Shown: positions 8,783 through 18,873 of the stretch, one piece after another
How the letters are laid out: the number at the start of each line of letters is the position of its first letter
Position numbering within the stretch: the first letter of the stretch is position 1
Assembly: GCA_963816355.1 (NCBI GenBank)
Contig: CAWFKH010000003.1
Location: 96,001-160,000 of the forward strand
Length of the DNA stretch: 64,000 nucleotides
From: an uncultured Gemmatimonadales bacterium
GTDB taxonomy: Bacteria > Gemmatimonadota > Gemmatimonadetes > Longimicrobiales > RSA9
Reading direction: 5' to 3'
Notes under the pieces: model-generated
What the model was told of the DNA's origin: nothing
The model's input: the letters and a program-made list of their open reading frames with translations, nothing else
Database searches by the model: none
Position numbers and translations under genes: made by a program

Positions 8783-11057
8783 ATGCTCGGACTCGCCGCC
8801 CTCCTCGCCGCGACCGCGCTGCAGGCCCAGGTCCCGGTACGCCCGAGACCCTTCCCCCTCGCCCAGCGGACGCAGCCTGCCGCGATCACGACCGGTGTGA
8901 TCCGCGGACAGGTGACGAGCGGGCTGAACGGCCCGCCGTTGCCCTTCGCGGGTGTCGAGGTCGTGGGCGCCGCCGGCGTCGGTGCCGTGACGGATGCGGC
9001 CGGCGTCTACTTCCTGGAGGGCGTTCCGGCGGGTCGCCAGAATGCTGCGCGTCACGCACATCGGCCACGCTCCGCTGGAGGTGGAGGTCGACGTGCCGCC
9101 GGGCGGGCAGATGACGCTGAACGTCGCGCTCCGGCTGCGGCCGGTCTCGCTGCCGGGCGTGACGGCGCAGGCCGGGCGCGCGCCCGGCGTGCGCGACACC
9201 GTGGAGGTCACGCCGGCCGCCCTCGGCGAAGCGTCGGTGCGGGCGCTGGAGAGCAGCCCGGGCATGGTCGAGATCGGGCTGGCCAATGTCGTCGAGGGCA
9301 CGAGCGGCCAGAATCCGATCGATCCCTCCGACGTGCTGTTCGTGCGTGGCGCCGCGGCGGACCTGAAGCGGGTCCTCCTCGACGGCGCCCCCGTCTACGC
9401 CCCGTTCCACCTCGGCGGGCTCGTCGCCCCGTTCGAAGCCGACCTGCTCTCCTCGGCGCGCCTCTACGTGGGTGGCGCACCCGCGCGCTACGACGGCGGC
9501 ATCTCCTACATTCTGTACATGCAGACGCGGGGCCCGCGGGGCGACGGCGTGCACTCCGAGATCGACGTCGATCTGCTCTCGGCGCGCACCCGCATCGAGG
9601 GTCCGCTCGGCGACAGCGCCGGCTACCTGGTGAGCGGCCGCATCGTTCACGGCCTCGGCGCCAGCGGCTTCCACGTCGGCGCCTTCCCTTACGGCTACGC
9701 CGACGGCCTCGTCCGCCTGGACCGCCGCGTCCTCGGCCGCGGCATGATCACGGCCACCGGCTTCGCCAACCGCGAGTCGGTGAGGCTGGAGGCGGCGGAA
9801 GCGGACCGCGGCGTCGCATACTGGGGCAATTACGCCGGCTCTGTCCGTTACGTCGGGCCGATCGGCGGCGCCGACGCGGAGCTCACCCTCGGGGCCGGCC
9901 GCTTCGACGCCGGTCTGCCGATCGTCGGCCAGCAGGACCTGTGGTCCGAAGGCGCGGCCACGCGCGTACATATGGCCGCCGATTTCACTCGCGTGGCCGG
10001 AGCCACCGCGGAGGTGGGCTACGGCTTCTCCTTCGAGCGGCAGTGGCTCGGCTACCATGCGTGGTCGCGCGGGCCAGACCCCGATTCGCTGCTGCGCGAG
10101 AATCGCCTCACCGGCGACGTATCCGGCGGCTACTTCGACGCGTCGTGGCAGATGCTGCCGCGCGTGCGCGTCCGCGGCGGCGTGCGCCTCGACATCTTCT
10201 CCGCCGACCACGTCCCCTACATCGCCCCGCGCCTGCTTGCGACCTGGCTCCTCTCCGACGACGCGGCGCTCACGCTCGCCGTCGGCCGCTACCACCAGTA
10301 CGTGCGCACGCCGGAATCCGTGATCACGGCGCCGGACGCGAGCGACTCCGCGAGCACGCCCAGCTACGGCCCGAACCCCCTCCTCGCCGTCGCCGGCGCT
10401 TCCCACATCGTGCTCTCGCTCGACCAGCAGATCACGAGCGGCGTCCGCCTCGGCCTCGAGGGGTTCCACAAGATCTACGACGGCGTGCCGACCGATCCGG
10501 ACGGGCGCGCGCAATCGTCCGGCCTCGACTTCTGGATCCGACGCAACCGCGGCACTATTCAGGGCTGGCTCGGCTACTCGCTCGCCTGGATCTGGTCGAA
10601 CGATCCGACCAAGCGGCCGGTCGACGAGATCTTCTCCGGGCGTCATCTGGTGAGCGCCGGCGTGCTCGGGCCCGCCGGAGACGCCGGCCGCTTCGAGCTT
10701 CGCGCCACCTACGGCGCCGGGCTCCCCTTCACTGCGATCCAGCCGGGCGCCAACCCGCCCGCGCAGCCGGCGGGTGGGGGCGACATCGCGCCTCCGCGCG
10801 GCAACGTGGTCGCGTCGTCGCAGCTCGTGTCCACGCCGGACCAGCCGTATCTGCGCCTGGACGGCGAGGTGACGCACACGTGGCTGGTGCACTGGATGGG
10901 CAGCCCGATGCTTCTCACACCGTACCTCCGCGTGCTGAACGCGCTGAACCGCCGCGACGCCCTCTTCTACCACTTCGACGGCAGCCAGGAGGCGGCGCCC
11001 CAGGCGCTCGCGGCGCTGCCGATCGTGCCGGTGCTGGGAGTCGGGATCCAGTTCTGA
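8783..11057 (+). pseudogene. TonB-dependent receptor-like outer membrane protein with N-terminal carboxypeptidase-regulatory-like domain; one extra base near 9041 (real lesion or sequencing error)
   Basis: Signal peptide and GVIRGQV..TDAAGVYFLEGVPAGRQ in one frame continue as MLRVTHIGHAP..plug (VRG..LLDGAPVYAPFHLGG..YVGGAPARYDGGIS) and a barrel ending in F in another frame. Confidence 0.8.
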
Positions 11058-11797
11058 GTCGCACGCCCCGCAACCCCTCTCCCGCTCCGCCCGGAGCCAC
11101 ACCGGCGCCCCGCCCCCCGCTGATCCGCATCCGCGGCCTGACCCGCTCCTACGAGGAAGCGGGCGTGCACCACGCCGTGCTGCGCGGGCTCGACCTCGAC
11201 GTCGCGCGCGGCGAGATCGTGGCGATCCTCGGCCCGAGCGGATCGGGCAAGTCGACCCTGCTCAACCTGCTCGCCGGCATCGACGATGCGGACGCCGGCA
11301 CGATCGAGGTCGACGGCGTCTCGCTGGCCACGCTCTCGGACCGCGAGCGCACGCTCTTCCGCCGCCGTCGCGTCGGCTTCGTCTTCCAGTTCTTCAACCT
11401 CCTGCCGACGCTCACCGTGGCGGAGAATCTGCTGCTGCCGCTCGACCTCGTCGGGTCGCACGGCGCCGAGGCGGAGCGCCGCGTGGCCGACCTGCTGGAG
11501 CGGGTCGGGATCGCCGGCCGCGGCGCCGCCTACCCGGACCGCCTCTCCGGCGGTGAGCAGCAGCGCGTCGCCGTCGCACGCGCGCTCGCCCACGACCCCG
11601 ACCTGATCCTCGCCGACGAGCCGACCGGCAACCTCGACCGCGAAACCGGCCGCCGCGTCCTGCGGCTTCTGGAGGAGCTGGTGCGCGCCGAGGACCGCAC
11701 GATGGTCGTCGTCACCCACAGCCACGACGTGCTGGAGAGTGCGGACCGCGTGTTGACGCTGCGCGACGGGGCCCTCGTGGAGGGGGCGCGCTCGTGA
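11054..11797 (+). CDS. ABC transporter ATP-binding protein (LolD/AttE-like); start uncertain, possibly CTG overlapping the upstream stop
   Basis: GPSGSGKST, FVFQFFNL, LSGGEQQRVA, LADEPTGNLD, VVTH. Confidence 0.92.
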   Translation: MSRTPRNPSPAPPGATPAPRPPLIRIRGLTRSYEEAGVHHAVLRGLDLDVARGEIVAILGPSGSGKSTLLNLLAGIDDADAGTIEVDGVSLATLSDRERTLFRRRRVGFVFQFFNLLPTLTVAENLLLPLDLVGSHGAEAERRVADLLERVGIAGRGAAYPDRLSGGEQQRVAVARALAHDPDLILADEPTGNLDRETGRRVLRLLEELVRAEDRTMVVVTHSHDVLESADRVLTLRDGALVEGARS

Positions 11798-14382
11798 GGC
11801 CGCGCGCGACGCCCGGCCGGGCGATGCGTCGCCACCTGCGCCGCCATCCGTGGCAGCTCGCGCTGGCCGTTCTCGGCGTCGCGCTCGGCGTGGCGGTCGT
11901 CGTCGCGATCGACCTCGCGAACGCCAGTGCACGCCGCGCTTTCACGCTCTCGGCGCAGACGATCGCCGGCCGCGCCACGCACCAGGTCGTGGGCGGCCCC
12001 GAGGGCCTCCCGGACGGCGTCTACCGGCGCCTGCGCGTCGACGCCGGGGTGCGGCCGGCGGCGCCGATCGTCGAGGGCGACGTCGCGCTCCCCGCCGCCG
12101 GCGGACGTGCGTTCCGGCTCCTCGGCGTGGATCCGTTCGCGGAGGCGCCGTTCCGCGGCTATCTGGCGCCCGCCGCCGCCGCGGGCTCCGGCTCGATCGC
12201 GGCGTTCCTCACCGTGCCGGGCGCGGCCCTGTTGCCGGCCGCCGCGGCGCGCGAGCTGGGCCTGGTGCCGGGCGACGACGTGGCGATCCGAACGCCCGCC
12301 GGCGTGCGCACGCTGCGCGTCATCGGCACGATCCGGCCGCGGGGCGAGCTCGCGCGCGTCGGTCTCGCGGACGTCGTCGTGACCGACGTGGCCACCGCGC
12401 AGGAGCTGCTCGGGCGCGTCGGCCGCATCGACCGCGTCGACCTGATGGTGCCGGACGGCGACGCCGGCGCCGCGCTCCTGCGCCGCGCGCGGGCCGTGCT
12501 TCCGCCGGGCGCCGCCGTCGTCGACGCCGGCGCGCGAGCCGCCGCCCTCGGCGACATGACCCGCGCCTTCTCGCTCAACCTCACAGCGCTCAGCCTGCTG
12601 GCCCTCATCTTCGGCATGTTCCTGATCTACGACAGCACGAGCTTCGCGGTCGTGCAGCGCCGCGCCCTGATCGGGACGCTGCGGGCGCTCGGCGTGACCC
12701 GCGGCGAGCTGTTCCGGCTCATCGCGAGCGAGGCGCTCGCCGTGGGCGTCGCGGGTACGGCGCTCGGGCTGGTCCTCGGCGTGGCCCTGGCGAGCGGTCT
12801 CGTGCGCCTCGTCGCGCGCACCATCAACGACCTCTACTTCGCCGTCACCGTCCGTCGCGTCGACCTGGATCCGGGCGTGCTCGCGCTCGGCGCCGCGCTC
12901 GGCGTCCTCGCCACGATGCTCGCGAGCCTGCCCGCCGCCCTGGAGGCGACGCAGGCGCCGCCGCGCGCGACGCTCACGCGCTCCGTCCTCGAGGCGCGCT
13001 TCCGTCGTGCGGTGCCCCGCGTCGCCGCCGCCGGCGCGGCGCTGGCCGCGGCCGGAGTCGCCCTCCTGGCGCTGCCCGGCCGCGGCGTCGGGATCGCCTT
13101 CGCGGCGCTCTTCGCCCTCGTGATCGGAGCCGCGCTGCTCGTCCCCGCCGCCACGCTGCTCCTGATGGCCGTGCTGCGGCCGCCGCTGCGGCGCGCGATA
13201 GGACCGGTCGGCGCCATGGCGGCGCGCGGCGTCGCCACCACCCTCAGCCGCACGGCGCCGGCGATCGCGGCGCTCTCGATCGCGGTCTCCGTCACCGTCG
13301 CGCTCGGCGTGATGATCGGCAGCTTCCGCCACACGGTCGAGCGTTGGCTCGACACCACGCTGCGCGCCGATGTCTACGTCTCCGCGCCCAGCGCCGTCGC
13401 GAGCCGCACGGCCGGCGTGCTCGACGCCACGCTCGTGCGCCGCGTCGTCGCCACCCCCGGCGTCGCCGCCGTGAGCACCAACCGGAGCGTCCGCGTCGAG
13501 TCGCCCGCGGGGCCGCTGCGCCTCGTCGCCCTCGGTCTGCCGCCGCGGATGGAGCGCGCCTTCGACTTCGCGCGCGGTGATCCGCGCCGCGTCTGGCCGG
13601 CGTTCCGCACGGCCGGCGCGGTGATCGTGTCCGAGTCGTTCGCTTACCGGCGTCGGCTGCGCCCGGGCGACACCCTTCGCCTCCGCACCGACGCCGGCCC
13701 CCGCGCCTTCCCGATCGCCGGCATCTTCTACGACTACGGCTCCGACCAGGGCGTCGTGATGATCGACCGCGCCACCTACCGCCGCTACTGGAACGACCGC
13801 GACGTCACCGCCCTCGGCCTCTTCGCCGCCCCGGGCGTGCCGCTCGATACGCTGCTCGCGCGCGTGCGCGCCCGCACCGGCGGCACCACCCGAACCGCCG
13901 CCGACGCCGGCGCGCTCGCAGCGCGCGTGACGTCCAACCGCGCGCTGCGCGACGCGTCGCTCCGCGTCTTCGACCGCACCTTCGCGATCACGGCGGTGCT
14001 GCGCGGGCTCGCCTTCATCGTCGCCTTCATCGGCGTCGCCGGAGCGCTCATGGCGCTCCAGCTCGAGCGCGTCCGCGAGCTGGGCGTGCTGCGAGCCACC
14101 GGCCTGACGCGCCTTCAGGTGTGGCACCTCGTCACCACGGAGACCGGGCTCATGGGCCTCGCCGCCGGTCTGTTCGCGCTCCCCCTCGGCCTCATGATGG
14201 CCCTCGTCATGGTGCGCGTCGTGAACCGCCGCTCCTTCGGCTGGACGCTGCACCTCCACGTGCAGCCGGCCGTCATGGTCCAGGCGCTGGCGCTCGCCCT
14301 CGTCGCCGCCCTGCTCGCCGGCCTCTACCCCGCCTGGCGCATGGCCGCCGTCTCGCCCGCCGCGGCGTTGCGGGAGGAATGA
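11794..14382 (+). CDS. ABC transporter permease, duplicated MacB/FtsX type (AttFG-like)
   Basis: Two MacB/FtsX repeats with R...G.LRA.G motifs; C-terminal VNRRSFGW motif. Confidence 0.9.
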   Translation: MRPRATPGRAMRRHLRRHPWQLALAVLGVALGVAVVVAIDLANASARRAFTLSAQTIAGRATHQVVGGPEGLPDGVYRRLRVDAGVRPAAPIVEGDVALPAAGGRAFRLLGVDPFAEAPFRGYLAPAAAAGSGSIAAFLTVPGAALLPAAAARELGLVPGDDVAIRTPAGVRTLRVIGTIRPRGELARVGLADVVVTDVATAQELLGRVGRIDRVDLMVPDGDAGAALLRRARAVLPPGAAVVDAGARAAALGDMTRAFSLNLTALSLLALIFGMFLIYDSTSFAVVQRRALIGTLRALGVTRGELFRLIASEALAVGVAGTALGLVLGVALASGLVRLVARTINDLYFAVTVRRVDLDPGVLALGAALGVLATMLASLPAALEATQAPPRATLTRSVLEARFRRAVPRVAAAGAALAAAGVALLALPGRGVGIAFAALFALVIGAALLVPAATLLLMAVLRPPLRRAIGPVGAMAARGVATTLSRTAPAIAALSIAVSVTVALGVMIGSFRHTVERWLDTTLRADVYVSAPSAVASRTAGVLDATLVRRVVATPGVAAVSTNRSVRVESPAGPLRLVALGLPPRMERAFDFARGDPRRVWPAFRTAGAVIVSESFAYRRRLRPGDTLRLRTDAGPRAFPIAGIFYDYGSDQGVVMIDRATYRRYWNDRDVTALGLFAAPGVPLDTLLARVRARTGGTTRTAADAGALAARVTSNRALRDASLRVFDRTFAITAVLRGLAFIVAFIGVAGALMALQLERVRELGVLRATGLTRLQVWHLVTTETGLMGLAAGLFALPLGLMMALVMVRVVNRRSFGWTLHLHVQPAVMVQALALALVAALLAGLYPAWRMAAVSPAAALREE

Positions 14383-15620
14383 AGAGCGCGCTCGCGCGGC
14401 GGCGCGCCGCGACCGTCCGCACCGCCGTGGCCTTCCTCGCCGCGCCGCTCCTCACCGGCTGCGGCGGCGCGCCGCGCGCTCCCCGCGCCACGATCGACGT
14501 CGCCGCAGCGCTGGGCGCGGCCGGCGGCATGGCCGGCGTCGCCGACACGGGCTTCGCCCACGCCCTCGAGCCCCGCCCCTTCGTCTTTCCGGCCGACCAC
14601 GGTCCCCACCCCGGCTTCCGTACCGAGTGGTGGTACTTCACCGGCAACGTGCGCGACGCGCGCGGCCGGCGCTTCGGCTTCGAGCTCACCTTCTTCCGCA
14701 ACGCGCTCACCGCCCAGCCCGCCCGACGCGCTTCCGCCTGGGCCGCGTCCGACGTCTACATGGCCCACTTCGCCCTGACCGACGCCGCCGCCGGACGCTT
14801 CCACGCGTTCGACCGCTTCGCCCGCGCCGCCCTCGGCCTCGCCGGCGCGCGCACGACGCCCCTCCGGGTGTGGACGGAAGCCTGGAGCGCCGAGGCCGTC
14901 CCCGACTCCGCCGCCGCCGGAATTCCGCTCACGCCGGGGACGCCGCCGCTGCGCCTGCGCGCCGCCGCCGGCGACGTCGCCCTCGACCTCGTGCTCGGAA
15001 GCGCGGCGCCGCCGGTGCCGAACGGCGAGGCGGGGCTCAGCCGCAAAGGCGAGGCAGCCGGCAACGCCTCCTACTACTACTCGATGATGGAGATGCCGGT
15101 GCGCGGCTCCGTGCGCACCGCCGCCGGCACCTTCGCCGTCCAGGGCGGCGCCTGGATGGACCGCGAGTGGGGGACCAGCGCTCTGCCGCCCGGCGACGTC
15201 GGCTGGGACTGGTTCGCGCTCCAGCTCGCCGACGGCGCCCGCCTCATGTACTACCGCCTGCGCCGTGACGACGGCGCCGCGTCGCGCTTCAGCGCGGGGA
15301 CGCTCGTCGCCGCCGATGGCCGCGTGGAGCCTCTCCGCGCCGGCGACGTCGTGATCACCCCCACCGGTACCTGGCGCAGCCCGATCGACGGCGCGCCCTA
15401 CCCCGCCGGCTGGCGCCTCGACCTGCCGGCCCGCAACATCTCCCTCACCGTGACCCCCGTGCTCCCCGACCAGGAGCTGGACCTCGCCGTCCGCTACTGG
15501 GAGGGTGCCGTCGACGCCGTCGGACGCGGGCCCGGCGGCCCGCTGCACGGCGTCGGCTACGTCGAGCTCACCGGCTACGCCACAGCGCCTCACGCCGCCG
15601 CGAGGCTGCTCCCCCGCTGA
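14379..15620 (+). CDS. AttH/CrtC-like lipocalin-domain lipoprotein
   Basis: Lipobox LTGC; FPADHGPHP.FRTEWWY, ASYYYS, WMDREW, GWDWF, YWEG, GYVELTGY. Confidence 0.9.
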   Translation: MKSALARRRAATVRTAVAFLAAPLLTGCGGAPRAPRATIDVAAALGAAGGMAGVADTGFAHALEPRPFVFPADHGPHPGFRTEWWYFTGNVRDARGRRFGFELTFFRNALTAQPARRASAWAASDVYMAHFALTDAAAGRFHAFDRFARAALGLAGARTTPLRVWTEAWSAEAVPDSAAAGIPLTPGTPPLRLRAAAGDVALDLVLGSAAPPVPNGEAGLSRKGEAAGNASYYYSMMEMPVRGSVRTAAGTFAVQGGAWMDREWGTSALPPGDVGWDWFALQLADGARLMYYRLRRDDGAASRFSAGTLVAADGRVEPLRAGDVVITPTGTWRSPIDGAPYPAGWRLDLPARNISLTVTPVLPDQELDLAVRYWEGAVDAVGRGPGGPLHGVGYVELTGYATAPHAAARLLPR

Positions 15621-15722
15621 CTTCGCACCCCCCCCCCGCGCGCTTGCCGCGCGACGCCGCCCGGGATCAATTGGCCGGAACCGATCCGTCGCGATTCGAT
15701 CCTCCCGCACGGAGCCCATGTC

Positions 15723-16388
15723 ATGTGCGGTCGCTTCACCCTCGCCGTCGAAGCCGCCGAGCTCGCCCGCGACCTCGCCGTCCCCGACGTGCCCGCCGAC
15801 TACCGGCCCCGCTACAACATCGCGCCCACACAGGACGCGCTCGTCGTCGGCCGCGGCCCCCAGGGGGACCGCTGCGCCGCCTTCCGCTGGGGGCTCGTGC
15901 CGCCGTGGGCCGAGGACGTCTCCATCGGCAACCGCCTCATCAACGCCCGCTCCAAATCCGTCGCGCGGAAGCGCGCCTTCCGCGACGCCTTCGCCCACCG
16001 CCGCTGCCTCGTCCCCGCCGACGGCTTCTACGAGTGGCGACCCGCCGAACCTCACAAGCAGCCGTTCTACATCCGCCGCCGCGATCGCCGCGTCTTCACC
16101 TTCGCCGGCCTCTGGGAACGCTGGCACCGGCCCGACGGCTCCACCCTCCACTCCTTCGCCATCCTCACCACCCGCCCCTCCGCGCTCCTGCGCCCCATCC
16201 ACGACCGCATGCCCGTCCTCATCGGCCCCGACGACCGCGCTACGTGGCTCGACCCCAGCACGCCCGCCGACCACCTGCCTCCGCTGCTCCGTCCGTGGGA
16301 CGCCGACGACCTCGAAGCCTTCCCCGTCTCCACGTTCGTCAACGCGCCCGCCAACGAGGGTCCGGAATGCGTGGCTTGTCTCTCGTAA
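15723..16388 (+). CDS. SOS response-associated peptidase (SRAP/HMCES/YedK) abasic-site protein
   Basis: MCGRF start, RYNIAPTQ, WGLVP, INAR, RCLVPADGFYEW, IHDRMP. Confidence 0.95.
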   Translation: MCGRFTLAVEAAELARDLAVPDVPADYRPRYNIAPTQDALVVGRGPQGDRCAAFRWGLVPPWAEDVSIGNRLINARSKSVARKRAFRDAFAHRRCLVPADGFYEWRPAEPHKQPFYIRRRDRRVFTFAGLWERWHRPDGSTLHSFAILTTRPSALLRPIHDRMPVLIGPDDRATWLDPSTPADHLPPLLRPWDADDLEAFPVSTFVNAPANEGPECVACLS

Positions 16389-16405
16389 TGATAATCGTTA
16401 TCGTT
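16384..16405 (+). promoter_or_regulatory. Fur-family operator (Fur box)
   Basis: CGTAATGATAATCGTTATC matches GATAATGATAATCATTATC at 16/19 by eye; AT-rich island 50 nt upstream of the VIT1/CCC1 gene. Confidence 0.75.
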
Positions 16406-16454
16406 AGCGGAACTCCGGGAAGGTCGGCCGAACGGTTGCAGGAGAGGCGAGAGG

Positions 16455-16955
16455 ATGACGGGGCACGAGCAACGGGAGCATCATCGGTTCGTGCTGCAGA
16501 CGGTGCAGCCGGCGCTGCTGGGTTTGATGGACGGGTCGGTGTCGACGCTGGCGCCGCTGTTCGCGACGGCGGCGTTGACGGGGAGCGGGAAGAAGGCGTT
16601 CGTGGTGGGTGTGGCGGCGGCGGTGGGGGCGGCGATCAGCATGGGGCTGGCGGAGGCGTTGTCGGACGACGGCAAGCTGACGGGGCGGGGGCATCCGTGG
16701 CTGCGGGGCGCGATCACGGGTGTGGCGACGATGGTGGGCGGCATGCTGCACACGCTGCCGTTCCTGATTCCGGACCTGCAGACGGCGCTGCCGATCGCGT
16801 ACGCGGTGGTGGTGCTGGAGTTGGTGACGATCTCCTACATCCGGTTCCGCTACATGCGGAGCCCTCTGGGGAGCACGATCGTGCAGGTGGTTCTGGGTGG
16901 GGGTGCGGTGTTCCTGGCGGGGGTGTGGATGGGGAGCTGGGGTGCGGGTAGCTGA
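16455..16955 (+). CDS. VIT1/CCC1 family iron/manganese transporter (MbfA C-terminal domain-like)
   Basis: [46 protein letters not shown]. Confidence 0.9.
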   Translation: MTGHEQREHHRFVLQTVQPALLGLMDGSVSTLAPLFATAALTGSGKKAFVVGVAAAVGAAISMGLAEALSDDGKLTGRGHPWLRGAITGVATMVGGMLHTLPFLIPDLQTALPIAYAVVVLELVTISYIRFRYMRSPLGSTIVQVVLGGGAVFLAGVWMGSWGAGS

Positions 16956-16964
16956 GGAGGAGCG

Positions 16965-17675
16965 ATGCGGCTGCGGACCGGCACGAGCGGCTTCGCCTAC
17001 AAGGAGTGGAAGGGGCCGTTCTACCCGGAGGACCTGCCGGCGGCCGAGATGCTGCGTTTCTACGCCGGCCGGCTGGGCGCGTGTGAGATCAACAACACGT
17101 TCTACCGGATGCCGCGGGCGAACGTGCTGGAGGCGTGGGCGGCGGAGGTGCCGTCGAGCTTCCGCTTCGTGCTGAAGGCGTCGCGGCAGATCACGCACAT
17201 GAAGCGGCTGAAGGCGGAGGCGGTGGAGCCGGCGCGCTACTTCATGGGGCAGGCGCGGACATTGGGAGACCGGCTGGGGCCGGTGCTCTTTCAGTTGCCG
17301 CCGAACCTGAAGGCGGACCTGACGCGCCTTCGCGATTTCCTCGCCGGGCTGCCGGACGGGTGCCGTGCCGCGTTCGAGTTCCGCCACGATTCGTGGTACG
17401 AGGACGCCGTGCTCGACGAGTTGCGCCATCGGGGCGCGGCGCTGGTTCAGGCGGAGGACGAGGCGGGCGCAGCGCCGCGGGTCGCCACGGCGGACTGGGG
17501 CTATCTCCGTCTGCGCCGGCAGGACTACGACGATGCCGCGCTGGCGTCGTGGGTGGCGTGGCTTCGCAGCCAGTCATGGGACGAAGCGTACGTCTTCTTC
17601 AAGCACGAGGACGCGGGCGCAGGTCCTCGGCTGGCGCGCCGCTTCGAGGAGATGTTCGAGGGCGGGTCCGCCTAG
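16965..17675 (+). CDS. DUF72 (YecE-like) protein
   Basis: [38 protein letters not shown]. Confidence 0.93.
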   Translation: MRLRTGTSGFAYKEWKGPFYPEDLPAAEMLRFYAGRLGACEINNTFYRMPRANVLEAWAAEVPSSFRFVLKASRQITHMKRLKAEAVEPARYFMGQARTLGDRLGPVLFQLPPNLKADLTRLRDFLAGLPDGCRAAFEFRHDSWYEDAVLDELRHRGAALVQAEDEAGAAPRVATADWGYLRLRRQDYDDAALASWVAWLRSQSWDEAYVFFKHEDAGAGPRLARRFEEMFEGGSA

Positions 17676-18355
17676 GCGCTCTCCCCCAGCAGGTCCTCGA
17701 TCCAGGCCGCCACGGCGTCGCCGACCTCGCCCTGCACCTCGCGGTCCGTGCGACCGGATCGTTTGAGCACGTGGAAGGAGTGGTCGCCCCCGTCCACCAC
17801 GTGCAGCGTCGCCCGCGGCCGGCGCGCGTCGACGGCGCGCCGAACCATCGCGATGTCGGCGAGCGCATCGCGCGTTCCCTGGACGAAGAGCATCGGCACG
17901 GCGACGTCGTCGAGATGGTCCCCGCGGCGGTCGTCCGGCTTGCCGGCGGCGTGCAGCGGGAAGCCGAGGAAGACGAGGCCGCGCACCCCGGGGAGTGGCC
18001 GTTCCGCCTGCGCCTGGGACGTCATCCGGCCGCCCATCGACTTGCCGCCGGCGAAGAGGGGGAGGTCGCCGGCTTCGTGCGCCGCGGCGTCGACCGCGGC
18101 GCGCACCGTCGCGTGGAGACGTGGCGCCGGATCGGGGCGTCTCGCGCCGGCCTCGGCGTACGGGAACTGGTAGCGCAGCGTGGCGACGGCGCGCTCGGCG
18201 AGGCGACGGGCGATCGCCTCCATGAAGGCGTGGCGCATGCCCGCGCCGGCGCCGTGCGCGAGGACATAGATCGCTCGCGCGTCGACGGGGCGCAGGAGCA
18301 GCGCGGAGACCGGTCCGCGGTCGGTCGCGATGGCGAGGGCGGTCGGCTGTGGCAC
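17672..18355 (-). CDS. Alpha/beta hydrolase (KANL3/Tex30-like)
   Basis: [33 protein letters not shown]. Confidence 0.9.
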   Translation of the reverse strand: MPQPTALAIATDRGPVSALLLRPVDARAIYVLAHGAGAGMRHAFMEAIARRLAERAVATLRYQFPYAEAGARRPDPAPRLHATVRAAVDAAAHEAGDLPLFAGGKSMGGRMTSQAQAERPLPGVRGLVFLGFPLHAAGKPDDRRGDHLDDVAVPMLFVQGTRDALADIAMVRRAVDARRPRATLHVVDGGDHSFHVLKRSGRTDREVQGEVGDAVAAWIEDLLGESA

Positions 18356-18356
18356 G

Positions 18357-18767
18357 CTACGGCTGTTCCCTCGGCCGGTAGACGCCGATGAGCAGCGGCG
18401 GCTCGACGCGCCAGCGGAAGTGCAGGCGGTTGCCGAGCGGGTGCGGGATCTCGGTGGTCGTGTCGCGCGTCTTCGGGTGGTCGTGCGGCGAGTTCTCCAC
18501 CAGCGCGACGGCGCCGGGAGGAAGCGAAGCGAGCACCGCGTCGAGCCGCTCGCGCAGGGTCGCGATCAATCCCTTCTCCGCGTCGTCCTTGACGTCGCCT
18601 TCCGCCTCCGCCGTGAGCGCGTGCTCCGCGATGCGCTCGTGCGAGGCGAGCCACGCTTCCGCGGGCCACGCCTCGCCGAGCCGCTCGAAGGCGATCTCCG
18701 TCAGCGCGTGCGCGTCGAAGCGGGGCCGGACCCGGTGGATTCGTTCGCCATAGCGTCGTCTCAGCAT
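18357..18767 (-). CDS. Hypothetical protein
   Basis: ORF fills the gap, abuts the next gene, normal amino-acid composition; no family recognised. Confidence 0.6.
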   Translation of the reverse strand: MLRRRYGERIHRVRPRFDAHALTEIAFERLGEAWPAEAWLASHERIAEHALTAEAEGDVKDDAEKGLIATLRERLDAVLASLPPGAVALVENSPHDHPKTRDTTTEIPHPLGNRLHFRWRVEPPLLIGVYRPREQP

Positions 18768-18873
18768 GTGCGAAATGTAATAGCGGAGGCGGACCCGTTT
18801 CGAGGGGGACGCCTTTTCCGCGTCGCGGCGGCGGGGCGCCGGCGGGGCGCCGGGCGGACGTCTGCGCTCCGTG

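Noticed and set aside
8717..11797. 1026-aa ORF suggesting a receptor-ABC ATPase fusion
   Set aside because: The middle is Arg/Pro-rich off-frame translation caused by the frameshift at about 9041; the real receptor is in another frame.
18785..18820. Hairpin with GAAA loop after ligD, considered as a c-di-GMP riboswitch
   Set aside because: Only one short imperfect stem; the second stem and conserved GEMM nucleotides are missing.
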